The notes under the pieces: model-generated
Told to the model about the DNA's origin: nothing
The model's database searches: none
What the model saw: only the letters and a program-made list of their open reading frames with translations
Part shown: piece by piece, positions 1-10,087 of the stretch
How positions within the stretch are numbered: the first letter of the stretch is position 1
How the letters are laid out: the number at the start of each line of letters is the position of its first letter
Made by a program: the position numbers and the translations under genes
Source of the DNA: Candidatus Gottesmanbacteria bacterium
GTDB lineage: Bacteria; Patescibacteriota; Microgenomatia; UBA10105; UBA927
Direction of reading: 5' to 3'
Length of the DNA stretch: 64,000 nt
NCBI GenBank assembly: GCA_963809665.1
Contig: CAWEKC010000001.1
Location: 158,219 to 222,218 of the forward strand

Positions 1-468
1 TGTAATGGCAATCGGGCCGCCTTTGTTAAGGTTCTCTATTTCCGCTATATCTCGGCTGGCGGCTTCAGTGAGGGTAAGCGGTCGTATTTCACGGCGGCCT
101 AACCGTTCATACCGGATTTTCGGAGGGGCATATATGCACAGCAATTTGATTTCGGGAAATTTCTTCTTAAGATAAATATATTCTTCCCAACTATACAACC
201 CGTCAAGGACAATGACGGAATTTGTTTTTGCAGCTTCCAAAATCCTTGGCTCGATTTTTATGGCCATCGCAGCCATGCCTAAATCCTTCCGTAAGGATTC
301 CCGGACGAACCGTTCGTTTTTTTCATTTCTCGGGAGACCCAGTTCCTTTAGAGATATGTCCGTCTGGTCGCCAAAGCGCAGGACCGGAATATTTTTCGTA
401 CGGAAAAAATCAGCGGCGACGGTTTTCCCTGCGCCGGGCATTCCTACAATTGCAATAAGTTTATGCAT
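1..468 (-). CDS. P-loop nucleotide/nucleoside kinase-like protein (UPF0200 / dephospho-CoA-kinase-like), partial at the window edge; not in the ORF track because it runs off the window
   Basis: Own reverse-complement translation from ATG at 468: MHKLIAIVGMPGAGKTVAADFF... with Walker A GMPGAGKT; open to position 1; start overlaps adk stop (461-463) by 8 nt. Confidence 0.5.
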   Translation of the reverse strand, partial: MHKLIAIVGMPGAGKTVAADFFRTKNIPVLRFGDQTDISLKELGLPRNEKNERFVRESLRKDLGMAAMAIKIEPRILEAAKTNSVIVLDGLYSWEEYIYLKKKFPEIKLLCIYAPPKIRYERLGRREIRPLTLTEAASRDIAEIENLNKGGPIAIT

Positions 469-1048
469 TGGTTCCATTGATTTGCTTCATGATTTCCTCA
501 TGCACCGTCTCGATCGGTTGTTCAGCATTGAATTCGAGAAGCACTCCCCGTGATCTGTAATAATCTAGCACATCCTTTTCTCCTTCTTTATACATAGTGA
601 GCCGCATTTTGATCCGCTCCGGTGTGTCTCCGGTTTCTATACTTCCCGGGTGTAAGGGGCGTGCGCGCGCAAGTAACCGTTTCAATGATTCCTCTTCACT
701 TAATTTAAGATAGACGACTTTTTCTACTCTATACCCGTATTTATCTATTTTGTCGTCCAGAAACTTCGCCTGCTCGACATTCCGGGGAAACCCGTCCATA
801 ATCCAGCCGCCTTTCGCATCTTCTTCCTTTAATCTCCATTTCCATAACACAAACATCTCACTGTCGGCAACGTATTTACCCTCTTCGAGCGCTTGCCGGC
901 AGACCTCGCCGATAATCCCTTTATCGTTTGCCGCAGCGTCACGGACCAGATCTCCCGATGTTAGAATCGGCAGATTAAGTTTTTGGGCCAGCAATTTTGC
1001 CTGCGTCCCTTTTCCTGAACCCTCCGGTCCGTAGAAAACTATATGCAT
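461..1048 (-). CDS. adk: adenylate kinase
   Basis: 195 aa; GPEGSGKGTQ P-loop, DGFPR motif, Adk LID/NMP regions; sits after secY as in spc operons. Confidence 0.95.
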   Translation of the reverse strand: MHIVFYGPEGSGKGTQAKLLAQKLNLPILTSGDLVRDAAANDKGIIGEVCRQALEEGKYVADSEMFVLWKWRLKEEDAKGGWIMDGFPRNVEQAKFLDDKIDKYGYRVEKVVYLKLSEEESLKRLLARARPLHPGSIETGDTPERIKMRLTMYKEGEKDVLDYYRSRGVLLEFNAEQPIETVHEEIMKQINGTNA

Positions 1049-1129
1049 AAATCATTAAATTCCAAAAACCAAAAATTAAAAAATATGAATTTTTTTAAAA
1101 AACAATTTTTTGAAATTGGATTTTGGTAT

Positions 1130-2413
1130 TTACTCCTTTAAATAGCCTTCGTAGTTTCTCATTACGAGTTGCGCTTCCAAAGCTTTAAATGTTTCAAGAA
1201 CTACCGATACGACGATAAGCACTCCCGTGCCCCCGACAAGAAGTGTCGACACACCGGAAATTTGTTTTGCAATGGACGGTAATATGGCAATGAGCCCCAA
1301 GAACATTGCTCCGGCAAGTGTTATGCGCGTTAATATGTAATTGAGATAACTTGCCGTAGCTGAACCCGGACGGATTCCGGGGATAAATCCGCCGTACTTC
1401 TGGATTTCATCTGCAATCTTTTTCGGATTAAATGTAATGGCTGTATAAAAATAGGTAAATCCAATGACGAGAAGGAAATAAATAAGGTTATACCACACCC
1501 CGTTAGGGTTAAACACATTTACCAGAAATGTGCCAAGTCCGGCCATGGCAGGGATCTGCTTTAAAAATCCGCCCAATAGAGACGGCAGAAGCACCATAGA
1601 CACCGCAAATATAATCGGAATAACGCCGGCTTGGTTTACCCGGAGCGGCAGATACGACACGTTTCCGCCGTAAACTTTATTTCCCCTGATGCGCCGGGCA
1701 TAATGTACCGTAATCCGACGGACCGCTTCGTTCACGAAAACAGTGGCGGCAATAACCATAATTGCCAGAACCCCGAACATAACTATGTTGGTAATCCCTT
1801 CGGCAGTTGCCGTTGTTGCAACCTGACCGAATGCAACAGGAAGCCGTCCGACTATACCGGCGAAAATCAGAAGCGATATCCCGTTTCCGATACCATACTC
1901 CGTAATCATTTCTCCAAACCACATCGCTAGGATGGTTCCGGCCGTCATGGTTACCACCATGGTGATAAGCGCCAGCGGATCGAGAGATGCGATAATCCCC
2001 TGATTTCGCAGGAGTGCAATCATACCGACCGATTGTACGGCCGCCAGCGGCACGGTAATAAGACGCGTGTATTGATTAATTTTCTCCCGTCCATATTCAC
2101 CTTCTTTGGATAACTCTTCGAGTTTCGGAAATACGATTTGTAATAACTGGAGAATAATGGATGCATTGATGTAGGGGTTCAGGCCCAGTGCCATAACGGA
2201 AAAGTTTACAAGTGTACCACCGGAAAAAATATCCAGTAATCCCAAAAACTGGTTCTGTGCAAATAATGCTGCGAGTTTATGCGTGTCGACCGCGGGGATC
2301 GGAATATGGGCAAATAACCGGAAGATGAAAAAAATAAAGGCGGTGAGTAAAATTTTCCGTCTTAAGTCCGGCGCTTTCCAACTATTAATAAGAGGCGACA
2401 AGAATTTATTCAT
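1130..2413 (-). CDS. secY: preprotein translocase subunit SecY (ORF extends to 2446; likely start MNKFL at 2413)
   Basis: 10-TM protein with typical SecY conserved segments; position after rplO. Confidence 0.95.
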   Translation of the reverse strand: MNKFLSPLINSWKAPDLRRKILLTAFIFFIFRLFAHIPIPAVDTHKLAALFAQNQFLGLLDIFSGGTLVNFSVMALGLNPYINASIILQLLQIVFPKLEELSKEGEYGREKINQYTRLITVPLAAVQSVGMIALLRNQGIIASLDPLALITMVVTMTAGTILAMWFGEMITEYGIGNGISLLIFAGIVGRLPVAFGQVATTATAEGITNIVMFGVLAIMVIAATVFVNEAVRRITVHYARRIRGNKVYGGNVSYLPLRVNQAGVIPIIFAVSMVLLPSLLGGFLKQIPAMAGLGTFLVNVFNPNGVWYNLIYFLLVIGFTYFYTAITFNPKKIADEIQKYGGFIPGIRPGSATASYLNYILTRITLAGAMFLGLIAILPSIAKQISGVSTLLVGGTGVLIVVSVVLETFKALEAQLVMRNYEGYLKE

Positions 2414-2852
2414 GTGGCGAGAGAACTGTTCCCCCGGCTTTTTCAATTACCTGCTTCGCACCTTTTGAACAAGGCAATGCAACATTCAACTTCACTGTCA
2501 CTTTCCCGTTTCCTAATAGTTTAACCCGTGTAACAGCAGTATCTATCATATGATATTTTTTGAGTGTTTCCAATGTAACAGTTATGCCGGCAGGCAGTAT
2601 ATTTAACTTCTCAACCGGGACGGGGAATGATTTTGCCGATTGGGATCCGTTACGGCCTTTACCGCGAAGAAGCGGCAGCCGTTTGATAAGCGGTAACTGC
2701 CCTCCTTCAAAACCGATGTGAATCCCGTCACGGGATTTTTGTCCTTTGGTCCCGCGGCCGGATGTTTTAACTTTGCCTGAGCCATGACCGCGGCCGAGGC
2801 GTTTCTTACCCCGCTGTACAATTGACATGGTGTCAAACGGTTTGTTTATCAT
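2406..2852 (-). CDS. rplO: 50S ribosomal protein L15
   Basis: [25 protein letters not shown] motif typical of L15. Confidence 0.9.
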   Translation of the reverse strand: MINKPFDTMSIVQRGKKRLGRGHGSGKVKTSGRGTKGQKSRDGIHIGFEGGQLPLIKRLPLLRGKGRNGSQSAKSFPVPVEKLNILPAGITVTLETLKKYHMIDTAVTRVKLLGNGKVTVKLNVALPCSKGAKQVIEKAGGTVLSPHE

Positions 2853-2861
2853 ACAATTCTT

Positions 2862-3323
2862 TTAAGCGATTCTTTTAAGCCGCAATAACTTCAGCGCTTC
2901 CATCGTGGCATAGACGTTGGAAGCCTGATTTTTGCTTCCTAATATTTTTGATACGATATCACGGATACCGGCCGCTTCCACAACCGCACGGACCGCTCCG
3001 CCTGCGATAACACCGGTTCCGGGAGGCGCGGGTTTCAACATGATTTTAGCCGCACCGCGTTTCACACGGATCTCATGCGGAATGGTCGTTCCCTTCATGA
3101 CAACTTCAAACATATGTTTCTGCGCATAACTGACGGCTTTACGCACTGCCGATGAGACGTCCGGCGCTCCGCCCAACCCTACTCCCACTTTTCCTTTTTT
3201 ATCCCCGACCACCGCAAGCACGGAAAATCCGATTTTATTGCCGCCTTTGGTCTTTTTTGACACGCGGTTCACCTGGACTATTTTTTCTTCCAATCCGCTG
3301 GTATTTCTGCTGTCGCGTCTCAT
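2862..3323 (-). CDS. rpsE: 30S ribosomal protein S5
   Basis: S5 dsRBD and C-terminal domain motifs; directly followed by rplO 9 nt later (no L30 gene). Confidence 0.95.
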   Translation of the reverse strand: MRRDSRNTSGLEEKIVQVNRVSKKTKGGNKIGFSVLAVVGDKKGKVGVGLGGAPDVSSAVRKAVSYAQKHMFEVVMKGTTIPHEIRVKRGAAKIMLKPAPPGTGVIAGGAVRAVVEAAGIRDIVSKILGSKNQASNVYATMEALKLLRLKRIA

Positions 3324-3649
3324 ATCTTCAGTCCTCCTTCACGGGCACCGTCTGCAATCTCTTTTACCGTACCATGAAAGCGGTAGCCGCTTCGGTCGAA
3401 CACAACCGTCTTAATTCCTTTTTTCAACGCCATTTCCGCTATCTGCGTCCCCAACGTTTTTCCTGCCGCTTTATTTTTCCCGCTCACGCGTTTTGCAAGC
3501 AGTGTTACGCCTTTCGTGTCATCGATAATCTGTACCAGAACAGCGGTATTGGAACGGAATACGGATAATCTCGGCCGCAAAGCGGTCCCCGTGACTTTCG
3601 CCCGGATCCGCGCCTTCCGTTTCTGTCGTAATGTGTGATGTGTTTCCAT
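3320..3649 (-). CDS. rplR: 50S ribosomal protein L18
   Basis: 109 aa, RLSVFRSN... L18 signature; ATGA overlap with rpsE. Confidence 0.95.
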   Translation of the reverse strand: METHHTLRQKRKARIRAKVTGTALRPRLSVFRSNTAVLVQIIDDTKGVTLLAKRVSGKNKAAGKTLGTQIAEMALKKGIKTVVFDRSGYRFHGTVKEIADGAREGGLKI

Positions 3650-3650
3650 A

Positions 3651-4211
3651 TTATTTTGCGCCCGGTGCTCCTCCTATAGCTTTCGCTGCTTTTCCTGCTT
3701 TCTTCCGGATGTGTTCTCCTTGATATTTTATTCCTTTCCCTTTGTACGGCTCGGGTTTCTTAATTGAGCGTATGCCTGCTGCCACTTGACCGACTAACTG
3801 TTTATCTCTCCCCGATACCACGATTTTGCCTTCTGCTGCTGAAAACGAAATTCCTTCCGGCGGGGTAACGGTGATGGGATGTGAAAACCCCAGATTTAAT
3901 GTTAAATCCGTCCCTGTGACATTCGCCCTGTATCCCACACCGGAAAGTTCCAGAACCCGGGTCCACCCTTTCGTAACGCCGGTAATAAGATTGTCGATGT
4001 TTGCACGAACATATCCGTGCAGTGCGCGTGTCGGTTTATCTTCGCCTGTCCGTTTCACTTCTACTTTCCCGTCCGTAAGTACCACCCGTATACGGTCAGG
4101 AACTATCATCCGAAGTTCGCCTTTAGGACCCTTCACAACCACGGACCCACCTTCCGCCGTTACCGAAGCTTCTTTAGGAACTATGATGATAGTGTTACCG
4201 ATTCGTGACAT
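3651..4211 (-). CDS. rplF: 50S ribosomal protein L6
   Basis: 186 aa, two L6 repeats (MSRIGN...VKGPKGEL). Confidence 0.95.
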   Translation of the reverse strand: MSRIGNTIIIVPKEASVTAEGGSVVVKGPKGELRMIVPDRIRVVLTDGKVEVKRTGEDKPTRALHGYVRANIDNLITGVTKGWTRVLELSGVGYRANVTGTDLTLNLGFSHPITVTPPEGISFSAAEGKIVVSGRDKQLVGQVAAGIRSIKKPEPYKGKGIKYQGEHIRKKAGKAAKAIGGAPGAK

Positions 4212-4215
4212 AGGT

Positions 4216-4608
4216 TTACCAGATTTTACACAATAATTCTCCGCCGGTACCTTTCTTTTTTGCGTCCATTCCCGTCATAATGCCCTGCGGAGTCGAGAGT
4301 ATCGCAATACCCATACCTCCCACAACCTGCGGAATCTTATCCTTTGTGACATACCACCTCAACCCCGGTTTGCTGATCCGTTTTACCCCTGTGATAACTG
4401 ACGCGCCGTTGACGTATTTAATCCGGACGTGCAGGTTCGCTTTCGGATCGGTTCCTGTCTTGGCAACGGAGGCAATATATCCCTCGTCCACAAGGATTTT
4501 CCCGAGCGCCATCTTCAGTTTGGAATATGGAAATTCTATCTCGGCATTCCGGGCAAGCGACGCGTTCTTTATTTGTATAAGCATGTCACCGATCGGATCG
4601 TTTACCAT
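4216..4608 (-). CDS. rpsH: 30S ribosomal protein S8
   Basis: 130 aa, MVNDPIGDMLIQIKNA... typical S8. Confidence 0.95.
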   Translation of the reverse strand: MVNDPIGDMLIQIKNASLARNAEIEFPYSKLKMALGKILVDEGYIASVAKTGTDPKANLHVRIKYVNGASVITGVKRISKPGLRWYVTKDKIPQVVGGMGIAILSTPQGIMTGMDAKKKGTGGELLCKIW

Positions 4609-4619
4609 AATATTCTCCT

Positions 4620-4805
4620 TTACCAGGACGCTTTAATAACGCCGGGCAATTCTCCTTTATGCGCTAACTTTCTGAAACACAGCCTGCAGATACCGAACTT
4701 CCGCATATATGCGCGTGACCTGCCGCACATGGAGCAGCGGTTGTGCTGCCGGACACGGTATTTTTGTTTATGTTCAAATTTTACGATATCGGATGTTTTT
4801 GCCAT
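4620..4805 (-). CDS. rpsZ: 30S ribosomal protein S14 type Z (zinc-binding); likely start MAKTSD
   Basis: 61 aa core with C-x2-C-x12-C-x2-C zinc motif (CSMCGR...CRLC). Confidence 0.9.
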   Translation of the reverse strand: MAKTSDIVKFEHKQKYRVRQHNRCSMCGRSRAYMRKFGICRLCFRKLAHKGELPGVIKASW

Positions 4806-4809
4806 ATTA

Positions 4810-5358
4810 CTACCCCGCGCCTTTCTCAAACGGCATACCGAATAATGTTAAAAGCTTTTTACCGTCGGCGTCATTACCGGCAGTGGTTACAAACGACACT
4901 TCAAATCCGCGGGGTTTGTCAATCATACTGTAATCAAGTTCCGGAAAAATACTTTGCTCATGAATTCCCAACGTATAATTTCCTTTCCCGTCAAATCCCG
5001 CGGACGGGACCCCGTGAAAATCACGCACGCGCGGCAGGGCAAGACGGATAAACTTGGTGAGAAAATCATACATTCTCGGACCCCGGAGTGTGGCACGCAG
5101 TCCCACAGCATCCCCGGCCCTAAGTTTAAATGTTGAAATAGCCCGCTTTGCCCGGGTGATCTGGGGTTTTTGACCGGCAATCACTGCAAGCTGTTTGGTC
5201 ATACTTTCAAGTACTTTCTTATCTCCCTGTGCTTCACGGCCAATGCCGCAGTTAATGACGATCTTCGTGAGGCGCGGAACAGCCATACGGTTGGCGCCCT
5301 TTGTTTTCAAAAACTCAGGGACTATTTTCTTCATGTATATGTCATGTAATTCGTGCAT
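4810..5358 (-). CDS. rplE: 50S ribosomal protein L5 (ORF track start 5481 likely too far upstream)
   Basis: L5 conserved core ([16 protein letters not shown]...); an upstream extension would overlap rplX. Confidence 0.9.
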   Translation of the reverse strand: MHELHDIYMKKIVPEFLKTKGANRMAVPRLTKIVINCGIGREAQGDKKVLESMTKQLAVIAGQKPQITRAKRAISTFKLRAGDAVGLRATLRGPRMYDFLTKFIRLALPRVRDFHGVPSAGFDGKGNYTLGIHEQSIFPELDYSMIDKPRGFEVSFVTTAGNDADGKKLLTLFGMPFEKGAG

Positions 5359-5362
5359 AGGT

Positions 5363-5668
5363 TTAAATAACTTGTTCACATTTTCTACAGATTCTTTCCT
5401 TTTCTCCTTTAACGATCCTGTATCCCAGACGCGTCGGCTTCCCGCACTTCGGACAGATGACGGCAATTTTACCCATCGCAATCGGTCTTACAACCTCGAT
5501 AATGCCGCCGGGGTGCTGCTCATCCCGTTTTTTCTCATGTTTTTTTACGATGTTAATGCCCGGAACAAGAACCGTTGAATCTTTCGGATATACTTTTTCG
5601 ACTTTCCCCTTTTTTCCTTTGTCCTTGCCTACCGTCACGATAATCTGATCGCCTTTTTTGATTTTCAT
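5363..5668 (-). CDS. rplX: 50S ribosomal protein L24, KOW domain plus C-terminal C4 zinc-ribbon variant
   Basis: MKIKKGDQIIV...KOW motif; C-terminal CPKCG...CRKCE. Confidence 0.9.
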   Translation of the reverse strand: MKIKKGDQIIVTVGKDKGKKGKVEKVYPKDSTVLVPGINIVKKHEKKRDEQHPGGIIEVVRPIAMGKIAVICPKCGKPTRLGYRIVKGEKERICRKCEQVI

Positions 5669-5669
5669 A

Positions 5670-6044
5670 TTAATAAACCTCCGGCGCCATGCTGACAATC
5701 TTGTCAAATCCTTTTTCTTTCAATTCGCGGGCAACCGGTCCGAAGACGCGCGTGCCGCGGGGATTTTTATCTTTATCGTTATCAATCAATACCCCGGCAT
5801 TGTCGTCAAAACGGATATACGATCCGTCTGCCCGGTGATACTCTTTGTGTGTCCGGACAATAACAACTTTCACGAGTTCATCGTCTTTCACCATACCCTG
5901 AGGATCAACCTTCCGCACCACGCACTGCACGATGTCACCGAGTCTCGCAAAATTCTGTTTCGAGGCTCCGTAAATATGGATAATTGACATAAGCTGAACT
6001 CCTGAATTATCCGCTGCATGTATTTTTGTTTTTCTCTGAACCAT
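5670..6044 (-). CDS. rplN: 50S ribosomal protein L14
   Basis: 124 aa, MVQRKTKIHAADNSG... L14 signature. Confidence 0.95.
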   Translation of the reverse strand: MVQRKTKIHAADNSGVQLMSIIHIYGASKQNFARLGDIVQCVVRKVDPQGMVKDDELVKVVIVRTHKEYHRADGSYIRFDDNAGVLIDNDKDKNPRGTRVFGPVARELKEKGFDKIVSMAPEVY

Positions 6045-6045
6045 A

Positions 6046-6279
6046 TTATGTTAATTTTTTAACGACAATAAAATGTTTTCTCTTACTTATCGGTTTTGTT
6101 TCTTTAATTTGAACTTTATCTCCGACATTAATTCCTGCAATTTCGTTGTGCACGGCAAATTTCCGGTGCCGCCTCACTGCCTTTTTGTACAACGGGTGCC
6201 TAAACTCATGTTCCACGACAACCGTCAGCGTCTTTTGCATACCCACCGATGTGACTTTACCGATACGTGTGTTACTCAT
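6046..6279 (-). CDS. rpsQ: 30S ribosomal protein S17
   Basis: 77 aa OB-fold S17 (GKVTSVGMQKT...). Confidence 0.9.
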   Translation of the reverse strand: MSNTRIGKVTSVGMQKTLTVVVEHEFRHPLYKKAVRRHRKFAVHNEIAGINVGDKVQIKETKPISKRKHFIVVKKLT

Positions 6280-6478
6280 GTGTGAGCTCCTTTTGTCTCA
6301 ATATGCCGGAAACCACCGCGATTTTCCGGCGAAGCGCCGTTCCCTCGTGCACATTTTTAGACTGCTTCGTGTACCGATTCATGGTTAATATGGCAAGAGC
6401 GGTCCTGGCGTCAGTAAGCACCTTTTCCATTTCTTTGACCGTCATCGCTTTCATTGATGTCATTTCTTTCTTTTTCAT
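6272..6478 (-). CDS. rpmC: 50S ribosomal protein L29
   Basis: approx 65 aa helical protein at the canonical position between rplP and rpsQ. Confidence 0.85.
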   Translation of the reverse strand: MKKKEMTSMKAMTVKEMEKVLTDARTALAILTMNRYTKQSKNVHEGTALRRKIAVVSGILRQKELTHE

Positions 6479-6481
6479 GAT

Positions 6482-6889
6482 TTAATCCTTCGCAATAAAC
6501 ATCGTCCGTACCGGCAATTTTGCGGCGGCCAGTCTCAGTGATTCTACTGCCTGCTCATGTGAAATGCCTGCCATCTCAAATAAAATTCTCCCGGGCCGGA
6601 CTACGGCAACATATTCAAATACGTCTCCCTTTCCGCTCCCCATACGGGTTTCCGGCGGCTTATGGGTGACCGGCTTATCAGGAAATATCCTGATCCAGAT
6701 TCTCCCGCCGCGCCGCGTTGAGTGGGTTAGAGCACGGCGCGCCGCTTCGATCTGGCGGCTCGTTACCCAACCGGCAGTGGTCGCCTTCAGACCGTATTCT
6801 CCGAAATCCACATGCGACCCCCGGATCGAGATTCCCGTCCGTTTTCCTCTGAATGCTTTCCGATGTTTTGCGCGTCTTGGTGATAACAT
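6482..6889 (-). CDS. rplP: 50S ribosomal protein L16
   Basis: [19 protein letters not shown]... typical L16. Confidence 0.95.
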   Translation of the reverse strand: MLSPRRAKHRKAFRGKRTGISIRGSHVDFGEYGLKATTAGWVTSRQIEAARRALTHSTRRGGRIWIRIFPDKPVTHKPPETRMGSGKGDVFEYVAVVRPGRILFEMAGISHEQAVESLRLAAAKLPVRTMFIAKD

Positions 6890-6890
6890 A

Positions 6891-7577
6891 TTAATTTGAC
6901 TTTCTACAAATCCATACTTTTACTCCGATATATCCTGATTTCGTAAGAGCCGGAACAATTGCGTAATCAATTTCTTCACGGATGGTTGAAAGCGGCACCG
7001 TCCCCTGCTGGAATTTCTCCCGCCGGTGAATTTCCGCCCCGTTGATCCGGCCGGACAATAACACTTTTACTCCTTTTGCTCCTGCGGTCATTGCCCGCTC
7101 TATTGCCATATTGCAAATCCGTTTATACGGCATACGTTTAATAAGCTGATCCGCAATGTTGGTTGCTACCAGATAGGCATTCAGGTTCGGCTCCTTAACC
7201 GGCTCCACCGCGACTTCCACTTTGGAACGGTTGGCTCCCTGCGACAGTTTCTGTTTACGCGCGTAGGGGTCCGGATGACCGACATCAGTCAAAATAAAGT
7301 TTTCAACATATTTCTTGAGGTCCTCCATGCCGGCACCCCCGCGGCCGATAACCACCCCGGGTCGTGAAACATATAATGTGACTTTTACTTTGTTGATGGA
7401 GCGTTCAATATCAACATTGGCAAGTCCGGCGGGTTTGAGCTTAGCAAACAAAATATTCCGCAGCGTGTTGTCCTGCAATAACAGTTGTTTGTAGTGCCGT
7501 GAATCGGCAAACCAGCGTGAACCCCACGTAAACGTGGTGCCGACCCTGAAACCCTTTGGATTAATTTTTTGTCCCAT
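6891..7577 (-). CDS. rpsC: 30S ribosomal protein S3
   Basis: 228 aa, KH domain and S3 C-terminal domain ([13 protein letters not shown]...). Confidence 0.95.
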   Translation of the reverse strand: MGQKINPKGFRVGTTFTWGSRWFADSRHYKQLLLQDNTLRNILFAKLKPAGLANVDIERSINKVKVTLYVSRPGVVIGRGGAGMEDLKKYVENFILTDVGHPDPYARKQKLSQGANRSKVEVAVEPVKEPNLNAYLVATNIADQLIKRMPYKRICNMAIERAMTAGAKGVKVLLSGRINGAEIHRREKFQQGTVPLSTIREEIDYAIVPALTKSGYIGVKVWICRKSN

Positions 7578-7582
7578 ATGTT

Positions 7583-7966
7583 TTATTTCTGTACTGTTTT
7601 CTTTTCTGATTTTTTAACACGTTCTATATTTTTACCAGCCGTATCCGCAAGAATAATCCGTATATGCGTCATGCGTTTTTTAAATGCATGTGCCTGTCCG
7701 CGTGAAACTGCCTGCCAGCGTTTCATCGCCGGCCCGCCCATAATTTCAATTGTTTTAAAGATGAGTGATTCCTGCTCCACGCCTTTTAATTTGGCGTTTG
7801 CGATTGCCGATGCTATAGTTTTAGACAACGGAATACTGGCGCTTTTTCGCATTTCCGACAACGTAGCGATGGCAGCAGCCGGTGTCAACTTGCGCACGCT
7901 GTCGGCAACCAACCGTACTTTGCGGGTCGAAACTCTGACGTATTTTGTTGTTGCCTGATATTCCAT
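7583..7966 (-). CDS. rplV: 50S ribosomal protein L22 with Lys-rich C-terminal tail (ORF track start 8032 would overlap rpsS)
   Basis: L22 core (KYVRVSTRKVRLVADSVR...); position between rpsS and rpsC. Confidence 0.9.
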   Translation of the reverse strand: MEYQATTKYVRVSTRKVRLVADSVRKLTPAAAIATLSEMRKSASIPLSKTIASAIANAKLKGVEQESLIFKTIEIMGGPAMKRWQAVSRGQAHAFKKRMTHIRIILADTAGKNIERVKKSEKKTVQK

Positions 7967-7967
7967 A

Positions 7968-8252
7968 TTATGTTTTATCCATTGTTCTCTTTGTAACTTG
8001 CCCATGTCCTCTGAATGTTCTAGTTGGTGCAAATTCGCCGAACCTGTGCCCGACCATTCCCTCTGTTATGAATACTTCAAGATGTACTCTACCATTATGT
8101 ACTCCGAACCGGTGTCCCACGAACTCTGGGGTGATTTGACTGCCGCGTGACCACGTTTTTATCGGAGTCCTATCCCCGCTGGCTTTTTGCTTGTTAACTT
8201 TTGCCAGAAGTCTCCTGTCTATATTCGGTCCTTTTTTGCTGCTTCGTGCCAT
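7968..8252 (-). CDS. rpsS: 30S ribosomal protein S19
   Basis: 94 aa, [16 protein letters not shown] signature. Confidence 0.95.
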   Translation of the reverse strand: MARSSKKGPNIDRRLLAKVNKQKASGDRTPIKTWSRGSQITPEFVGHRFGVHNGRVHLEVFITEGMVGHRFGEFAPTRTFRGHGQVTKRTMDKT

Positions 8253-8254
8253 AG

Positions 8255-9010
8255 TTATTTTCTCCTCGCAAGAATAAATTTATTGCTGTACTTTTTCTTC
8301 GATCTTGTTTTCTTGCCTAACGTATGCTTCCCCCACGGACTCTTCGGAGAACTCATACCGATGCCCGACCGTCCTTCGCCTCCGCCGTGCGGATGGCTTC
8401 GCGGATTCTGGGCTACACCCCTAACCGTCGGCCGAATTCCCATGTGTCTGGTGCGTCCTGCTTTTCCGATGACTTCATTCTTATGTTCCACGTTACCGAT
8501 CTGTCCCACTGTTGCGCGGCAGAGGGAGTTAAATACGCGGGTTTCGCCGGACGGAAGCTTCAATTGTACCGCATTTCCGTCTTTTGCTAAAACTACGGCT
8601 GCTCCTCCTGCGGACCGTATCATCTGGGCGCCGCGGCCCGGTTTGATTTCGACGTTATGCACAAGCGTCCCTACCGGCATGGCAGCAAGGGTCAGCGAGT
8701 TGCCCGGTTTAACATCTGCTTTATCGCTGGAAATAACAGAAGCCCCTACCTCTAACCCTAACGGGGCGACAATATACCGTTTCTCGCCGTCTGTATAATT
8801 CAACAGTGCAATCTGACTTGTGCGGTTCGGATCGTACTCGATGGAAACGACTTTCGCCGTAACGCCTATTTTATCCCGTTTCCAGTCAATAATACGGTAA
8901 TACCGTTTGTGCCGGCCGCCGATATGCCGCATGGAAACATGCCCCGAGACATCCCGTCCGGATTGTTTGGGTAAAATAATCGTCAGGCTTTTAGGTGTTG
9001 AAAATTCCAT
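8255..9010 (-). CDS. rplB: 50S ribosomal protein L2 (short N-terminus)
   Basis: HIGGRHK...GRNxxGxITxRHxGGGHK-type motifs, PHGGGEGR C-terminal motif. Confidence 0.95.
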   Translation of the reverse strand: MEFSTPKSLTIILPKQSGRDVSGHVSMRHIGGRHKRYYRIIDWKRDKIGVTAKVVSIEYDPNRTSQIALLNYTDGEKRYIVAPLGLEVGASVISSDKADVKPGNSLTLAAMPVGTLVHNVEIKPGRGAQMIRSAGGAAVVLAKDGNAVQLKLPSGETRVFNSLCRATVGQIGNVEHKNEVIGKAGRTRHMGIRPTVRGVAQNPRSHPHGGGEGRSGIGMSSPKSPWGKHTLGKKTRSKKKYSNKFILARRK

Positions 9011-9013
9011 ATT

Positions 9014-9361
9014 TTATTTTTTAGAAACAGTTTTTTTCTCTTCAACTTTCTTTTTTTCTTCAACCGGTGCTTCCTGTTGTGTGACTTCAAATGCATCAAT
9101 ATGCTGTCCGGCTTTAAGAAGCAGCATCGCTTTTTTCCAGTCTTCTTTGTGTTTGCTTACCATTTTTTTACCCGTACGTCGCACTTTCCCGTGCATGGCA
9201 ACGGTCCGGACGGATAACACATTCACGCTATACATGCGCTCGATAAGTTTTGCGATATCTTCTTTACGCGCATGCTTGTCAACGGCAAACGTATACCATC
9301 CCCGCGACGCGAGTCCCATAGATTTTTCAGAAATTAACGGACGGAACACTTGTGATTTCAT
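9014..9361 (-). CDS. rplW: 50S ribosomal protein L23 with Lys/Glu-rich C-terminal tail
   Basis: L23 fold sequence; canonical position. Confidence 0.9.
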   Translation of the reverse strand: MKSQVFRPLISEKSMGLASRGWYTFAVDKHARKEDIAKLIERMYSVNVLSVRTVAMHGKVRRTGKKMVSKHKEDWKKAMLLLKAGQHIDAFEVTQQEAPVEEKKKVEEKKTVSKK

Positions 9362-9363
9362 AG

Positions 9364-10086
9364 TTACTTTTTTAATTCTCCGATTGCTTCTTTCATAAAC
9401 ACCAGCTTTGAATGCATCAAAACGCTATACGTATTAATATCGGAAACCGGCAGAATATCTACGTTTTCGATGTTGCGGCCGGCGCGCACAACTGTTGCTG
9501 AATCTTTAGACGTAACCAATAACGTCTTCCGGGTCGCGCCTACAGCAGTAAGTGCTCCTGCGACAACTTTTGTTTTCGCAATGTCCGACAATCCTGTTAC
9601 AACAATAACGTTTTGTTTTTTAAATTGGCTGGTCAGAGCACTTGCCAGTGCTACTTTTCTCATTTTCTGCGGAAATCCCAACGAGTAATCCCGCGGTCTC
9701 GGGCCGAATACGATACCTCCGCCGACAAAAATCGGGGCGCGTATACCTCCATGCCTCGCTTTTCCTGTCCCTTTTTGCTTATAGATTTTCCGGGTTGAGC
9801 CCTCCACTTCACCGCGGGTTTTGGTGCTGGCGTGTCCGCCGCGCTGGTTAGCCAGATACACGCGGACTGCCTGCGCCATGAGCTGCCTGTTAATTTTTGC
9901 GCTGAATAATTCCGCAGGAAGTGTCACTGTTCCGTCTGCTTTTCCGTCCAAACCGACAACGGAAACCCTGATCCCCTTGACGGAATCAATTTCTTTTTTC
10001 GCAGCAACATTGACTGATTTCACAATCCTAACCGGTTTTGCTTTGGTTGCAGCTTTCTTTGTTGATCTAACTTTCTTTGTTGCCAT
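9364..10086 (-). CDS. rplD: 50S ribosomal protein L4 with ~30-aa Lys/Ala-rich N-terminal extension
   Basis: L4 core (KQKGTGKARHGGIRAPIFVGGG...). Confidence 0.9.
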   Translation of the reverse strand: MATKKVRSTKKAATKAKPVRIVKSVNVAAKKEIDSVKGIRVSVVGLDGKADGTVTLPAELFSAKINRQLMAQAVRVYLANQRGGHASTKTRGEVEGSTRKIYKQKGTGKARHGGIRAPIFVGGGIVFGPRPRDYSLGFPQKMRKVALASALTSQFKKQNVIVVTGLSDIAKTKVVAGALTAVGATRKTLLVTSKDSATVVRAGRNIENVDILPVSDINTYSVLMHSKLVFMKEAIGELKK

Positions 10087-10087
10087 A

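Noticed and set aside
1049-1129. 81-bp very AT-rich spacer between secY and adk
   Set aside because: Considered as a possible insertion scar or sRNA. It contains only homopolymeric A/T runs with no clear promoter, hairpin or coding signal; left unannotated.
8187-8798. 203-aa plus-strand ORF
   Set aside because: Antisense to rplB; no support.
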